NCBI GenBank assembly: GCA_032718475.1
Contig: JAUCBJ010006783.1
Coordinates: 1-64,000 of the forward strand
DNA length: 64,000 nucleotides
Direction: 5' to 3'
Origin: Nemertoderma westbladi
Lineage: Eukaryota > Animalia > Xenacoelomorpha
Shown here one piece after another: positions 1 through 18,000 of this stretch. How positions within the stretch are numbered: position 1 is the stretch's first letter; the number at the start of each line of letters is the position of its first letter. Position numbers and translations under genes: made by a program. The notes under the pieces were generated by a model. That model made no database searches. It was not told the DNA's origin and saw nothing but the letters and a program-made list of their open reading frames with translations.

Positions 1-3000
1 ACAATAATGTTACATAAATACAATAATGTTACATAAATACAATAATGTTACATAAATACAATAATGTTACATAAATACAATAATGTTACATAAATACAAT
101 AATGTTACATAAATACAATAATGTTACATAAATACAATAATGTTACATAAATACAATAATGTTACATAAATACAATAATGTTACATAAATACAATAATGT
201 TACATAAATACAATAATGTTACATAAATACAATAATGTTACATAAATACAATAATGTTACATAAATACAATAATGTTACATAAATACAATAATGTTACAT
301 AAATAATACAATAATGTTACATAAATACAATAATGTTACATAAATACAATAATGTTACATAAATACAATAATGTTACATAAATACAATAATGTTACATAA
401 ATACAATAATGTTACATAAATACAATAATGTTACATAAATACAATAATGTTACATAAATACAATAATGTTACATAAATACAATAATGTTACATAAATACA
501 ATAATGTTACATAAATACAATAATGTTACATAAATACAATAATGTTACATAAATACAATAATGTTACATAAATACAATAATGTTACATAAATACAATAAT
601 GTTACATAAATACAATAATGTTACATAAATACAATAATGTTACATAAATACAATAATGTTACATAAATACAATAATGTTACATAAATACAATAATGTTAC
701 ATAAATACAATAATGTTACATAAATACAATAATGTTACATAAATACAATAATGTTACATAAATACAATAATGTTACATAAATACAATAATGTTACATAAA
801 TACAATAATGTTACATAAATACAATAATGTTACATAAATACAATAATGTTACATAAATACAATAATGTTACATAAATACAATAATGTTACATAAATACAA
901 TAATGTTACATAAATACAATAATGTTACATAAATACAATAATGTTACATAAATACAATAATGTTACATAAATACAATAATGTTACATAAATACAATAATG
1001 TTACATAAATACAATAATGTTACATAAATACAATAATGTTACATAAATACAATAATGTTACATAAATACAATAATGTTACATAAATACAATAATGTTACA
1101 TAAATACAATAATGTTACATAAATACAATAATGTTACATAAATACAATAATGTTACATAAATACAATAATGTTACATAAATACAATAATGTTACATAAAT
1201 ACAATAATGTTACATAAATACAATAATGTTACATAAATACAATAATGTTACATAAATACAATAATGTTACATAAATACAATAATGTTACATAAATACAAT
1301 AATGTTACATAAATACAATAATGTTACATAAATACAATAATGTTACATAAATACAATAATGTTACATAAATACAATAATGTTACATAAATACAATAATGT
1401 TACATAAATACAATAATGTTACATAATAATACAATAATGTTACATAAATACAATAATGTTACATAAATACAATAATGTTACATAAATACAATAATGTTAC
1501 ATAAATACAATAATGTTACATAAATACAATAATGTTACATAAATACAATAATGTTACATAAATACAATAATGTTACATAAATACAATAATGTTACATAAA
1601 TACAATAATGTTACATAAATACAATAATGTTACATAAATACAATAATGTTACATAAATACAATAATGTTACATAAATACAATAATGTTACATAAATACAA
1701 TAATGTTACATAAATACAATAATGTTACATAAATACAATAATGTTACATAAATACAATAATGTTACATAAATACAATAATGTTACATAAATACAATAATG
1801 TTACATAAATACAATAATGTTACATAAATACAATAATGTTACATAAATACAATAATGTTACATAAATACAATAATGTTACATAAATACAATAATGTTACA
1901 TAAATACAATAATGTTACATAAATACAATAATGTTACATAAATACAATAATGTTACATAAATACAATAATGTTACATAAAATACAATAATGTTACATAAA
2001 TACAATAATGTTACATAAATACAATAATGTTACATAAATACAATAATGTTACATAAATACAATAATGTTACATAAATACAATAATGTTACATAAATACAA
2101 TAATGTTACATAAATACAATAATGTTACATAAATACAATAATGTTACATAAATACAATAATGTTACATAAATACAATAATGTTACATAAATACAATAATG
2201 TTACATAAATACAATAATGTTACATAAATACAATAATGTTACATAAATACAATAATGTTACATAAATACAATAATGTTACATAAATACAATAATGTTACA
2301 TAAATACAATAATGTTACATAAATACAATAATGTTACATAAATACAATAATGTTACATAAATACAATAATGTTACATAAATACAATAATGTTACATAAAT
2401 ACAATAATGTTACATAAATACAATAATGTTACATAAATACAATAATGTTACATAAATACAATAATGTTACATAAATACAATAATGTTACATAAATACAAT
2501 AATGTTACATAAATACAATAATGTTACATAAATACAATAATGTTACATAATAATACAATAATGTTACATAAATACAATAATGTTACATAAATACAATAAT
2601 GTTACATAAATACAATAATGTTACATAAATACAATAATGTTACATAAATACAATAATGTTACATAAATACAATAATGTTACATAAATACAATAATGTTAC
2701 ATAAATACAATAATGTTACATAAATACAATAATGTTACATAAATACAATAATGTTACATAAATACAATAATGTTACATAAATACAATAATGTTACATAAA
2801 TACAATAATGTTACATAAATACAATAATGTTACATAAATACAATAATGTTACATAAATACAATAATGTTACATAAATACAATAATGTTACATAAATACAA
2901 TAATGTTACATAAATACAATAATGTTACATAAATACAATAATGTTACATAAATACAATAATGTTACATAAATACAATAATGTTACATAAATACAATAATG

Positions 3001-6000
3001 TTACATAAATACAATAATGTTACATAAATACAATAATGTTACATAAATACAATAATGTTACATAAATACAATAATGTTACATAAATACAATAATGTTACA
3101 TAAATACAATAATGTTACATAAATACAATAATGTTACATAAATACAATAATGTTACATAAATACAATAATGTTACATAAATACAATAATGTTACATAAAT
3201 ACAATAATGTTACATAAATACAATAATGTTACATAAATACAATAATGTTACATAAATACAATAATGTTACATAAATACAATAATGTTACATAAATACAAT
3301 AATGTTACATAAATACAATAATGTTACATAAATACAATAATGTTACATAAATACAATAATGTTACATAAATACAATAATGTTACATAAATACAATAATGT
3401 TACATAAATACAATAATGTTACATAAATACAATAATGTTACATAAATACAATAATGTTACATAAATACAATAATGTTACATAAATACAATAATGTTACAT
3501 AAATACAATAATGTTACATAAATACAATAATGTTACATAAATACAATAATGTTACATAAATACAATAATGTTACATAAATACAATAATGTTACATAAATA
3601 CAATAATGTTACATAAATACAATAATGTTACATAAATACAATAATGTTACATAAATACAATAATGTTACATAAATACAATAATGTTACATAAATACAATA
3701 ATGTTACATAAATACAATAATGTTACATAAATACAATAATGTTACATAAATACAATAATGTTACATAAATACAATAATGTTACATAAATACAATAATGTT
3801 ACATAAATACAATAATGTTACATAAATACAATAATGTTACATAAATACAATAATGTTACATAAATACAATAATGTTACATAAATACAATAATGTTACATA
3901 AATACAATAATGTTACATAAATACAATAATGTTACATAAATACAATAATGTTACATAAATACAATAATGTTACATAAATACAATAATGTTACATAAATAC
4001 AATAATGTTACATAAATACAATAATGTTACATAAATACAATAATGTTACATAAATACAATAATGTTACATAAATACAATAATGTTACATAAATACAATAA
4101 TGTTACATAAATACAATAATGTTACATAAATACAATAATGTTACATAAATACAATAATGTTACATAAATACAATAATGTTACATAAATACAATAATGTTA
4201 CATAAATACAATAATGTTACATAAATACAATAATGTTACATAAATACAATAATGTTACATAAATACAATAATGTTACATAAATACAATAATGTTACATAA
4301 ATACAATAATGTTACATAAATACAATAATGTTACATAAATACAATAATGTTACATAAATACAATAATGTTACATAAATACAATAATGTTACATAAATACA
4401 ATAATGTTACATAAATACAATAATGTTACATAAATACAATAATGTTACATAAATACAATAATGTTACATAAATACAATAATGTTACATAAATACAATAAT
4501 GTTACATAAATACAATAATGTTACATAAATACAATAATGTTACATAAATACAATAATGTTACATAAATACAATAATGTTACATAAATACAATAATGTTAC
4601 ATAAATACAATAATGTTACATAAATACAATAATGTTACATAAATACAATAATGTTACATAAATACAATAATGTTACATAAATACAATAATGTTACATAAA
4701 TACAATAATGTTACATAAATACAATAATGTTACATAAATACAATAATGTTACATAAATACAATAATGTTACATAAATACAATAATGTTACATAAATACAA
4801 TAATGTTACATAAATACAATAATGTTACATAAATACAATAATGTTACATAAATACAATAATGTTACATAAATACAATAATGTTACATAAATACAATAATG
4901 TTACATAAATACAATAATGTTACATAAATACAATAATGTTACATAAATACAATAATGTTACATAAATACAATAATGTTACATAAATACAATAATGTTACA
5001 TAAATACAATAATGTTACATAAATACAATAATGTTACATAAATACAATAATGTTACATAAATACAATAATGTTACATAAATACAATAATGTTACATAAAT
5101 ACAATAATGTTACATAAATACAATAATGTTACATAAATACAATAATGTTACATAAATACAATAATGTTACATAAATACAATAATGTTACATAAATACAAT
5201 AATGTTACATAAATACAATAATGTTACATAAATACAATAATGTTACATAAATACAATAATGTTACATAAATACAATAATGTTACATAAATACAATAATGT
5301 TACATAAATACAATAATGTTACATAAATACAATAATGTTACATAAATACAATAATGTTACATAAATACAATAATGTTACATAAATACAATAATGTTACAT
5401 AAATACAATAATGTTACATAAATACAATAATGTTACATAAATACAATAATGTTACATAAATACAATAATGTTACATAAATACAATAATGTTACATAAATA
5501 CAATAATGTTACATAAATACAATAATGTTACATAAATACAATAATGTTACATAAATACAATAATGTTACATAAATACAATAATGTTACATAAATACAATA
5601 ATGTTACATAAATACAATAATGTTACATAAATACAATAATGTTACATAAATACAATAATGTTACATAAATACAATAATGTTACATAAATACAATAATGTT
5701 ACATAAATACAATAATGTTACATAAATACAATAATGTTACATAAATACAATAATGTTACATAAATACAATAATGTTACATAAATACAATAATGTTACATA
5801 AATACAATAATGTTACATAAATACAATAATGTTACATAAATACAATAATGTTACATAAATACAATAATGTTACATAAATACAATAATGTTACATAAATAC
5901 AATAATGTTACATAAATACAATAATGTTACATAAATACAATAATGTTACATAAATACAATAATGTTACATAAATACAATAATGTTACATAAATACAATAA

Positions 6001-9000
6001 TGTTACATAAATACAATAATGTTACATAAATACAATAATGTTACATAAATACAATAATGTTACATAAATACAATAATGTTACATAAATACAATAATGTTA
6101 CATAAATACAATAATGTTACATAAATACAATAATGTTACATAAATACAATAATGTTACATAAATACAATAATGTTACATAAATACAATAATGTTACATAA
6201 ATACAATAATGTTACATAAATACAATAATGTTACATAAATACAATAATGTTACATAAATACAATAATGTTACATAAATACAATAATGTTACATAAATACA
6301 ATAATGTTACATAAATACAATAATGTTACATAAATACAATAATGTTACATAAATACAATAATGTTACATAAATACAATAATGTTACATAAATACAATAAT
6401 GTTACATAAATACAATAATGTTACATAAATACAATAATGTTACATAAATACAATAATGTTACATAAATACAATAATGTTACATAAATACAATAATGTTAC
6501 ATAAATACAATAATGTTACATAAATACAATAATGTTACATAAATACAATAATGTTACATAAATACAATAATGTTACATAAATACAATAATGTTACATAAA
6601 TACAATAATGTTACATAAATACAATAATGTTACATAAATACAATAATGTTACATAAATACAATAATGTTACATAAATACAATAATGTTACATAAATACAA
6701 TAATGTTACATAAATACAATAATGTTACATAAATACAATAATGTTACATAAATACAATAATGTTACATAAATACAATAATGTTACATAAATACAATAATG
6801 TTACATAAATACAATAATGTTACATAAATACAATAATGTTACATAAATACAATAATGTTACATAAATACAATAATGTTACATAAATACAATAATGTTACA
6901 TAAATACAATAATGTTACATAAATACAATAATGTTACATAAATACAATAATGTTACATAAATACAATAATGTTACATAAATACAATAATGTTACATAAAT
7001 ACAATAATGTTACATAAATACAATAATGTTACATAAATACAATAATGTTACATAAATACAATAATGTTACATAAATACAATAATGTTACATAAATACAAT
7101 AATGTTACATAAATACAATAATGTTACATAAATACAATAATGTTACATAAATACAATAATGTTACATAAATACAATAATGTTACATAAATACAATAATGT
7201 TACATAAATACAATAATGTTACATAAATACAATAATGTTACATAAATACAATAATGTTACATAAATACAATAATGTTACATAAATACAATAATGTTACAT
7301 AAATACAATAATGTTACATAAATACAATAATGTTACATAAATACAATAATGTTACATAAATACAATAATGTTACATAAATACAATAATGTTACATAAATA
7401 CAATAATGTTACATAAATACAATAATGTTACATAAATACAATAATGTTACATAAATACAATAATGTTACATAAATACAATAATGTTACATAAATACAATA
7501 ATGTTACATAAATACAATAATGTTACATAAATACAATAATGTTACATAAATACAATAATGTTACATAAATACAATAATGTTACATAAATACAATAATGTT
7601 ACATAATAATACAATAATGTTACATAAATACAATAATGTTACATAAATACAATAATGTTACATAAATACAATAATGTTACATAAATACAATAATGTTACA
7701 TAAATACAATAATGTTACATAAATACAATAATGTTACATAAATACAATAATGTTACATAAATACAATAATGTTACATAAATACAATAATGTTACATAAAT
7801 ACAATAATGTTACATAAATACAATAATGTTACATAAATACAATAATGTTACATAAATACAATAATGTTACATAAATACAATAATGTTACATAAATACAAT
7901 AATGTTACATAAATACAATAATGTTACATAAATACAATAATGTTACATAAATACAATAATGTTACATAAATACAATAATGTTACATAAATACAATAATGT
8001 TACATAAATACAATAATGTTACATAAATACAATAATGTTACATAAATACAATAATGTTACATAAATACAATAATGTTACATAAATACAATAATGTTACAT
8101 AAATACAATAATGTTACATAAATACAATAATGTTACATAAATACAATAATGTTACATAAATACAATAATGTTACATAAATACAATAATGTTACATAAATA
8201 CAATAATGTTACATAAATACAATAATGTTACATAAATACAATAATGTTACATAAATACAATAATGTTACATAAATACAATAATGTTACATAAATACAATA
8301 ATGTTACATAAATACAATAATGTTACATAAATACAATAATGTTACATAAATACAATAATGTTACATAAATACAATAATGTTACATAAATACAATAATGTT
8401 ACATAAATACAATAATGTTACATAAATACAATAATGTTACATAAATACAATAATGTTACATAAATACAATAATGTTACATAAATACAATAATGTTACATA
8501 AATACAATAATGTTACATAAATACAATAATGTTACATAAATACAATAATGTTACATAAATACAATAATGTTACATAAATACAATAATGTTACATAAATAC
8601 AATAATGTTACATAAATACAATAATGTTACATAAATACAATAATGTTACATAAATACAATAATGTTACATAAATACAATAATGTTACATAAATACAATAA
8701 TGTTACATAAATACAATAATGTTACATAAATACAATAATGTTACATAAATACAATAATGTTACATAAATACAATAATGTTACATAAATACAATAATGTTA
8801 CATAAATACAATAATGTTACATAAATACAATAATGTTACATAAATACAATAATGTTACATAAATAATACAATAATGTTACATAAATACAATAATGTTACA
8901 TAAATACAATAATGTTACATAAATACAATAATGTTACATAAATACAATAATGTTACATAAATACAATAATGTTACATAAATACAATAATGTTACATAAAT

Positions 9001-12000
9001 ACAATAATGTTACATAAATACAATAATGTTACATAAACACAATAATGTTACATAAATACAATAATGTTACATAAATAATACAATAATGTTACATAAATAC
9101 AATAATGTTACATAAATACAATAATGTTACATAAACACAATAATGTTACATAAATACAATAATGTTACATAAATACAATAATGTTACATAAATAAATACA
9201 ATAATGTTACATAAATACAATAATGTTACATAAATACAATAATGTTACATAAATACAATAATGTTACATAAATACAATAATGTTACATAAATACAATAAT
9301 GTTACATAAATACAATAATGTTACATAAATACAATAATGTTACATAAATACAATAATGTTACATAAACACAATAATGTTACATAAATAAATACAATAATG
9401 TTACATAAATACAATAATGTTACATAAATACATTAATGTTACATAAATACAATAATGTTACATAAATAAATACAATAATGTTACATAAATACAATAATGT
9501 TACATAAATACATTAATGTTACATAAACACAATAATGCTACATAAATACAATAATGTTACATAAATAAATACAATAATGTTACATAAATACAATAATGTT
9601 ACATAAATACAATAATGTTACATAAATACAATAATGTTACATAAATACAATAATGTTACATAAACACAATGTTACATAAATACAATAATGTTACATAAAT
9701 ACAATAATGTTACATAAATACAATAATGTTACATAAACACAATAATGTTACATAAATACAATAATGTTACATAAATACAATAATGTTACATAAATACAAT
9801 AATGCTACATAAATACAATAATGTTACATAAATAAATACAATAATGTTACATAAATAAATACAATAATGTTACATAAATACAATAATGTTACATAAATAC
9901 AATAATGTTACATAAACACAATAATGTTACATAAATACAATAATGTTACATAAATACAATAATGTTACATAAATACAATAATGCTACATAAATACAATAA
10001 TGTTACATAAATAAATACAATAATGTTACATAAATAAATACAATAATGTTACATAAATACAATAATGTTACATAAATACAATAATGTTACATAAATAAAT
10101 ACAATAATGTTACATAAATAAATACAATAATGTTACATAAATACAATAATGTTACATAAATACAATAATGTTACATAAATACATTAATGTTACATAAACA
10201 CAATAATGCCACATAAATACAATAATGTTACATAAATAAATACAATAATGTTACATAAATAAATACAATAATGTTACATAAATACAATAATGTTACATAA
10301 ACACAATAATGTTACATAAATACAATAATGTTACATAAACACAATAATGTTACATAAATAAATACAATAATGTTACATAAACACAATAATGTTACATAAA
10401 TACAATAATGTTACATAAACACAATAATGTTACATAAATACAATAATGTTACATAAATAAATACAATAATGTTACATAAATAAATACAATAATGTTACAT
10501 AAATAAATACAATAATGTTACATAAATACAATAATGTTACATAAATACAATAATGTTACATAAATAAATACAATAATGTTACATAAATAAATACAATAAT
10601 GTTACATAAATAAATACAATAATGTTACATAAATACAATAATGTTACATAAATAAATACAATAATGTTACATAAATAAATACAATAATGTTACATAAATA
10701 CAATAATGTTACATAAATAAATACAATAATGTTACATAAATACAATAATGTTACATAAATACAATAATGTTACATAAATACATTAATGTTACATAAATAC
10801 AATAATGCCACATAAATACAATAATGTTACATAAATACAATAATGTTACATAAATAAATACAATAATGTTACATAAATACAATAATGTTACATAAACACA
10901 ATAATGCCACATAAATACAATAATGTTACATAAATAAATACAATAATGTTACATAAATAAATACAATAATGTTACATAAATAAATACAATAATGTTACAT
11001 AAATAAATACAATAATGTTACATAAATACAATAATGTTACATAAATAAATACAATAATGTTACATAAATAAATACAATAATGTTACATAAATAAATACAA
11101 TAATGTTACATAAATACAATAATGTTACATAAATACAATAATGTTACATAAATACATTAATGTTACATAAACACAATAATGCCACATAAATACAATAATG
11201 TTACATAAATACAATAATGTTACATAAATACAATAATGTTACATAAATACAATAATGTTACATAAATACAATAATGTTACATAAATACAATAATGTTACA
11301 TAAATACATTAATGTTACATAAACACAATAATGCCACATAAATACAATAATGTTACATAAATAAATACAATAATGTTACATAAATAAATACAATAATGTT
11401 ACATAAATAAATACAATAATGTTACATAAATAAATACAATAATGTTACATAAATACAATAATGTTACATAAATACAATAATGTTACAGAAACACAATAAT
11501 GTTACATAAATACAATAATGTTACATAAATACAATAATGTTACATAAATACAATAATGTTACATAAACACAATTATGTTACATAAACACAATGTTACATA
11601 AATACAATAATGTTACATAAATACAATAATGTTACATAAATACAATAATGTTACATAAATACAATAATGCCACATAAATACAATAATGTTACATAAACAC
11701 AATAATGTTACATAAACACAATAATGTTACATAAATACAATAATGTTACATAAATACAATAATGTTACATAAACACAATTATGTTACATAAATACAATAA
11801 TGTTACATAAACACAATAATGTTACATAAATACAATAATGTTACATAAACACAATAATGTTAAAGAAACACAATAATGTTACATAAATACAATAATGTTA
11901 CATAAATACAATAATGTTACATAAATACAATAATGTTACATAAACACAATAATGTTAAAGAAACACAATAATGTTACATAAATACAATAATGTTACATAA

Positions 12001-15000
12001 ATACAATAATGTTACATAAATACAATAATGTTACATAAACACAATAATGTTAAAGAAACACAATAATGTTACATAAATACAATAATGTTACATAAATACA
12101 ATAATGTTACATAAATACAATAATGTTACATAAACACAATAATGTTACATAAATACAATAATGTTACATAAATACAATAATGTTACATAAATGCAATAAT
12201 GTTACATAAATACAATAATGTTACATAAACACAATAATGTTACATAAATACAATAATGTTACATAAACACAATAATGTTAAAGAAACACAATAATGTTAC
12301 ATAAATACAATAATGTTACATAAATACAATAATGTTACATAAACACAATAATGTTACATAAACACAATAATGTTACATAAACACAATGTTACATAAATAC
12401 AATAATGTTACATAAATACAATAATGTTACATAAACTAAACACAATAATGTTACATAAATACAATAATGTTACATAAATACAATAATGTTACATAAATAC
12501 AATAATGTTACATAAATACAATAATGTTACATAAATACAATAATGTTACATAAATACAATAATGTTACATAAATACAATAATGTTACATAAATACAATAA
12601 TGTTACATAAATACAATAATGTTACATAAATACAATAATGTTACATAAATACAATAATGTTACATAAATACAATAATGTTACATAAATACAATAATGTTA
12701 CATAAATACATTAATGTTACATAAACACAATAATGCCACATAAATACAATAATGTTACATAAATACAATAATGTTACATAAATACAATAATGTTACATAA
12801 ATACAATAATGTTACATAAATACAATAATGTTACATAAATACATTAATGTTACATAAACACAATAATGCCACATAAATACAATAATGTTACATAAATACA
12901 ATAATGTTACATAAACACAATAATGTTACATAAATACAATAATGTTACATAAATACAATAATGTTACATAAACACAATGTTACATAAATACAATAATGTT
13001 ACATAAATACATTAATGTTACATAAACACAATAATGTTACATAAATACAATAATGTTACATAAATACAATAATGTTACATAAATGCAATAATGTTACATA
13101 AATACAATAATGTTACATAAACACAATAATGTTACATAAATACAATAATGTTACATAAATACAATAATGTTACATAAATACAATAATGTTACATAAATAC
13201 AATAATGTTACATAAATACAATAATGTTACATAAATACATTAATGTTACATAAACACAATAATGCCACATAAATACAATAATGTTACATAAATACAATAA
13301 TGTTACATAAACACAATAATGTTACATAAATACAATAATGTTACATAAATACAATAATGTTACATAAACACAATGTTACATAAATACAATAATGTTACAT
13401 AAATACATTAATGTTACATAAATACAATAATGTTACATAAACACAATAATGTTACATAAATACATTAATGTTACATAAATACATTAATGTTACATAAATA
13501 CAATAATGTTACATAAACACAATAATGTTACATAAATACATTAATGTTACATAAACACAATAATGTTACATAAATACAATAATGTTACATAAACACAATA
13601 ATGTTACATAAATACAATAATGTTACATAAATACAATAATGTTACATAAACACAATGTTACATAAATACAATAATGTTACATAAATACATTAATGTTACA
13701 TAAATACAATAATGTTACATAAACACAATAATGTTACATAAATACATTAATGTTACATAAACACAATAATGTTACATAAATACAATAATGTTACATAAAT
13801 ACAATAATGTTACATAAATGCAATAATGTTACATAAATACAATAATGTTACATAAACACAATAATGTTACATAAATACAATAATGTTACATAAATACAAT
13901 AATGTTACATAAATACAATAATGTTACATAAATACAATAATGTTACATAAATACAATAATGTTACATAAATACAATAATGTTACATAAATACAATAATGT
14001 TACATAAACACAATGTTACATAAATACAATAATGTTACATAAATACATTAATGTTACATAAATACAATAATGTTACATAAACACAATAATGTTACATAAA
14101 TACATTAATGTTACATAAACACAATAATGTTACATAAATACAATAATGTTACATAAATACAATAATGTTACATAAACACAATGTTACATAAATACAATAA
14201 TGTTACATAAATACATTAATGTTACATAAATACAATAATGTTACATAAACACAATAATGTTACATAAATACATTAATGTTACATAAATACATTAATGTTA
14301 CATAAATACAATAATGTTACATAAACACAATAATGTTACATAAATACATTAATGTTACATAAACACAATAATGTTACATAAATACAATAATGTTACATAA
14401 ACACAATAATGTTACATAAATACAATAATGTTACATAAATACAATAATGTTACATAAACACAATGTTACATAAATACAATAATGTTACATAAATACATTA
14501 ATGTTACATAAATACAATAATGTTACATAAACACAATAATGTTACATAAATACATTAATGTTACATAAACACAATAATGTTACATAAATACAATAATGTT
14601 ACATAAATACAATAATGTTACATAAATTCAATAATGTTACATAAATACAATAATGTTACATAAACACAATAATGTTACATAAATACAATAATGTTACATA
14701 AATACAATAATGTTACATAAATACAATAATGTTACATAAATACAATAATGTTACATAAATACAATAATGTTACATAAATACATTAATGTTACATAAACAC
14801 AATAATGCCACATAAATACAATAATGTTACATAAATACAATAATGTTACATAAACACAATAATGTTACATAAATACAATAATGTTACATAAATACAATAA
14901 TGTTACATAAACACAATGTTACATAAATACAATAATGTTACATAAATACATTAATGTTACATAAATACAATAATGTTACATAAACACAATAATGTTACAT

Positions 15001-18000
15001 AAACACAATGTTACATAAATACAATTATGTTACATAAACACAATAATGTTACATAAATACAATAATGTTACATAAATACAATAATGTTACATAAATGCAA
15101 TAATGTTACATAAATACAATAATGTTACATAAACACAATAATGTTACATAAATACAATAATGTTACATAAACACAATAATGTTAAAGAAACACAATAATG
15201 TTACATAAATACAATAATGTTACATAAATACAATAATGTTACATAAACACAATAATGTTACATAAACACAATAATGTTACATAAACACAATGTTACATAA
15301 ATACAATAATGTTACATAAATACAATAATGTTACATAAACTAAACACAATAATGTTACATAAATACAATAATGTTACATAAATACAATAATGTTACATAA
15401 ATACAATAATGTTACATAAATACAATAATGTTACATAAATACAATAATGTTACATAAATACAATAATGTTACATAAATACATTAATGTTACATAAACACA
15501 ATAATGCCACATAAATACAATAATGTTACATAAATACAATAATGTTACATAAATACAATAATGTTACATAAATACAATAATGTTACATAAATACAATAAT
15601 GTTACATAAATACATTAATGTTACATAAACACAATAATGCCACATAAATACAATAATGTTACATAAATACAATAATGTTACATAAATACAATAATGTTAC
15701 ATAAACACAATGTTACATAAATACAATAATGTTACATAAATACATTAATGTTACATAAACACAATAATGTTACATAAATACAATAATGTTACATAAATAC
15801 AATAATGTTACATAAATGCAATAATGTTACATAAATACAATAATGTTACATAAACACAATAATGTTACATAAATACAATAATGTTACATAAACACAATAA
15901 TGTTAAAGAAACACAATAATGTTACATAAATACAATAATGTTACATAAATACAATAATGTTACATAAACACAATAATGTTACATAAACACAATAATGTTA
16001 CATAAACACAATGTTACATAAATACAATAATGTTACATAAATACAATAATGTTACATAAACTAAACACAATAATGTTACATAAATACAATAATGTTACAT
16101 AAATACAATAATGTTACATAAATACAATAATGTTACATAAATACAATAATGTTACATAAATACAATAATGTTACATAAATACAATAATGTTACATAAATA
16201 CAATAATGTTACATAAATACAATAATGTTACATAAATACAATAATGTTACATAAATACAATAATGTTACATAAATACAATAATGTTACATAAATACAATA
16301 ATGTTACATAAATACAATAATGTTACATAAATACATTAATGTTACATAAACACAATAATGCCACATAAATACAATAATGTTACATAAATACAATAATGTT
16401 ACATAAATACAATAATGTTACATAAATACAATAATGTTACATAAATACAATAATGTTACATAAATACATTAATGTTACATAAACACAATAATGCCACATA
16501 AATACAATAATGTTACATAAATACAATAATGTTACATAAATACAATAATGTTACATAAACACAATGTTACATAAATACAATAATGCCACATAAATACAAT
16601 AATGTTACATAAATACAATAATGTTACAGAAACACAATAATGTTACATAAATACAATAATGTTACATAAATACAATAATGTTACATAAATACAATAATGT
16701 TACATAAACACAATTATGTTACATAAATACAATAATGTTACATAAACACAATTATGTTACATAAATACAATAATGTTACATAAACACAATAATGTTACAT
16801 AAACACAATTATGTTACATAAATACAATAATGTTACATAAACACAATAATGTTACATAAACACAATAATGTTACATAAATACAATAATGTTACATAAATA
16901 CAATAATGTTACATAAATACAATAATGTTACATAAACACAATTATGTTACATAAATACAATAATGTTACATAAACACAATAATGTTACATAAACACAATA
17001 ATGTTACATAAATACAATAATGTTACATAAATACAATAATGTTACATAAATACAATAATGTTACATAAACACAATAATGTTACATAAATACAATAATGTT
17101 ACATAAACACAATTATGTTACATAAATACAATAATGTTACATAAACACAATAATGTTACATAAACACAATAATGTTACATAAATACAATAATGTTACATA
17201 AATACAATAATGTTACATAAATACAATAATGTTACATAAACACAATTATGTTACATAAATACAATAATGTTACATAAACACAATAATGTTACATAAACAC
17301 AATAATGTTACATAAACACAATTATGTTACATAAATACAATAATGTTACATAAACACAATAATGTTACATAAATACAATAATGTTACATAAATACAATAA
17401 TGTTACATAAATACAATAATGTTACATAAACACAATTATGTTACATAAATACAATAATGTTACATAAACACAATAATGTTACATAAACACAATAATGTTA
17501 CATAAATACAATAATGTTACATAAATACAATAATGTTACATAAATACAATAATGTTACATAAACACAATAATGTTACATAAATACAATAATGTTACATAA
17601 ATACAATAATGTTACATAAATACAATAATGTTACATAAACACAATAATGTTACATAAACACAATAATGTTACATAAATACAATAATGTTACATAAATACA
17701 ATAATGTTACATAAATACAATAATGTTACATAAACACAATAATGTTACATAAATACAATAATGTTACATAAATACAATAATGTTACATAAATACAATAAT
17801 GTTACATAAACTAAACACAATAATGTTACATAAATACAATAATGTTACATAAATACAATAATGTTACATAAACACAATAATGTTACATAAACACAATAAT
17901 GTTACATAAATACAATAATGTTACATAAATACAATAATGTTACATAAATACAATAATGTTACATAAACACAATAATGTTACATAAATACAATAATGTTAC

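Noticed and set aside
300-8870. Isolated 1-3-bp insertions in the homogeneous 19-mer zone (~303, 1427, 1980, 2551, 7607)
   Set aside because: Sporadic and consistent with slippage or sequencing error, with no periodicity.
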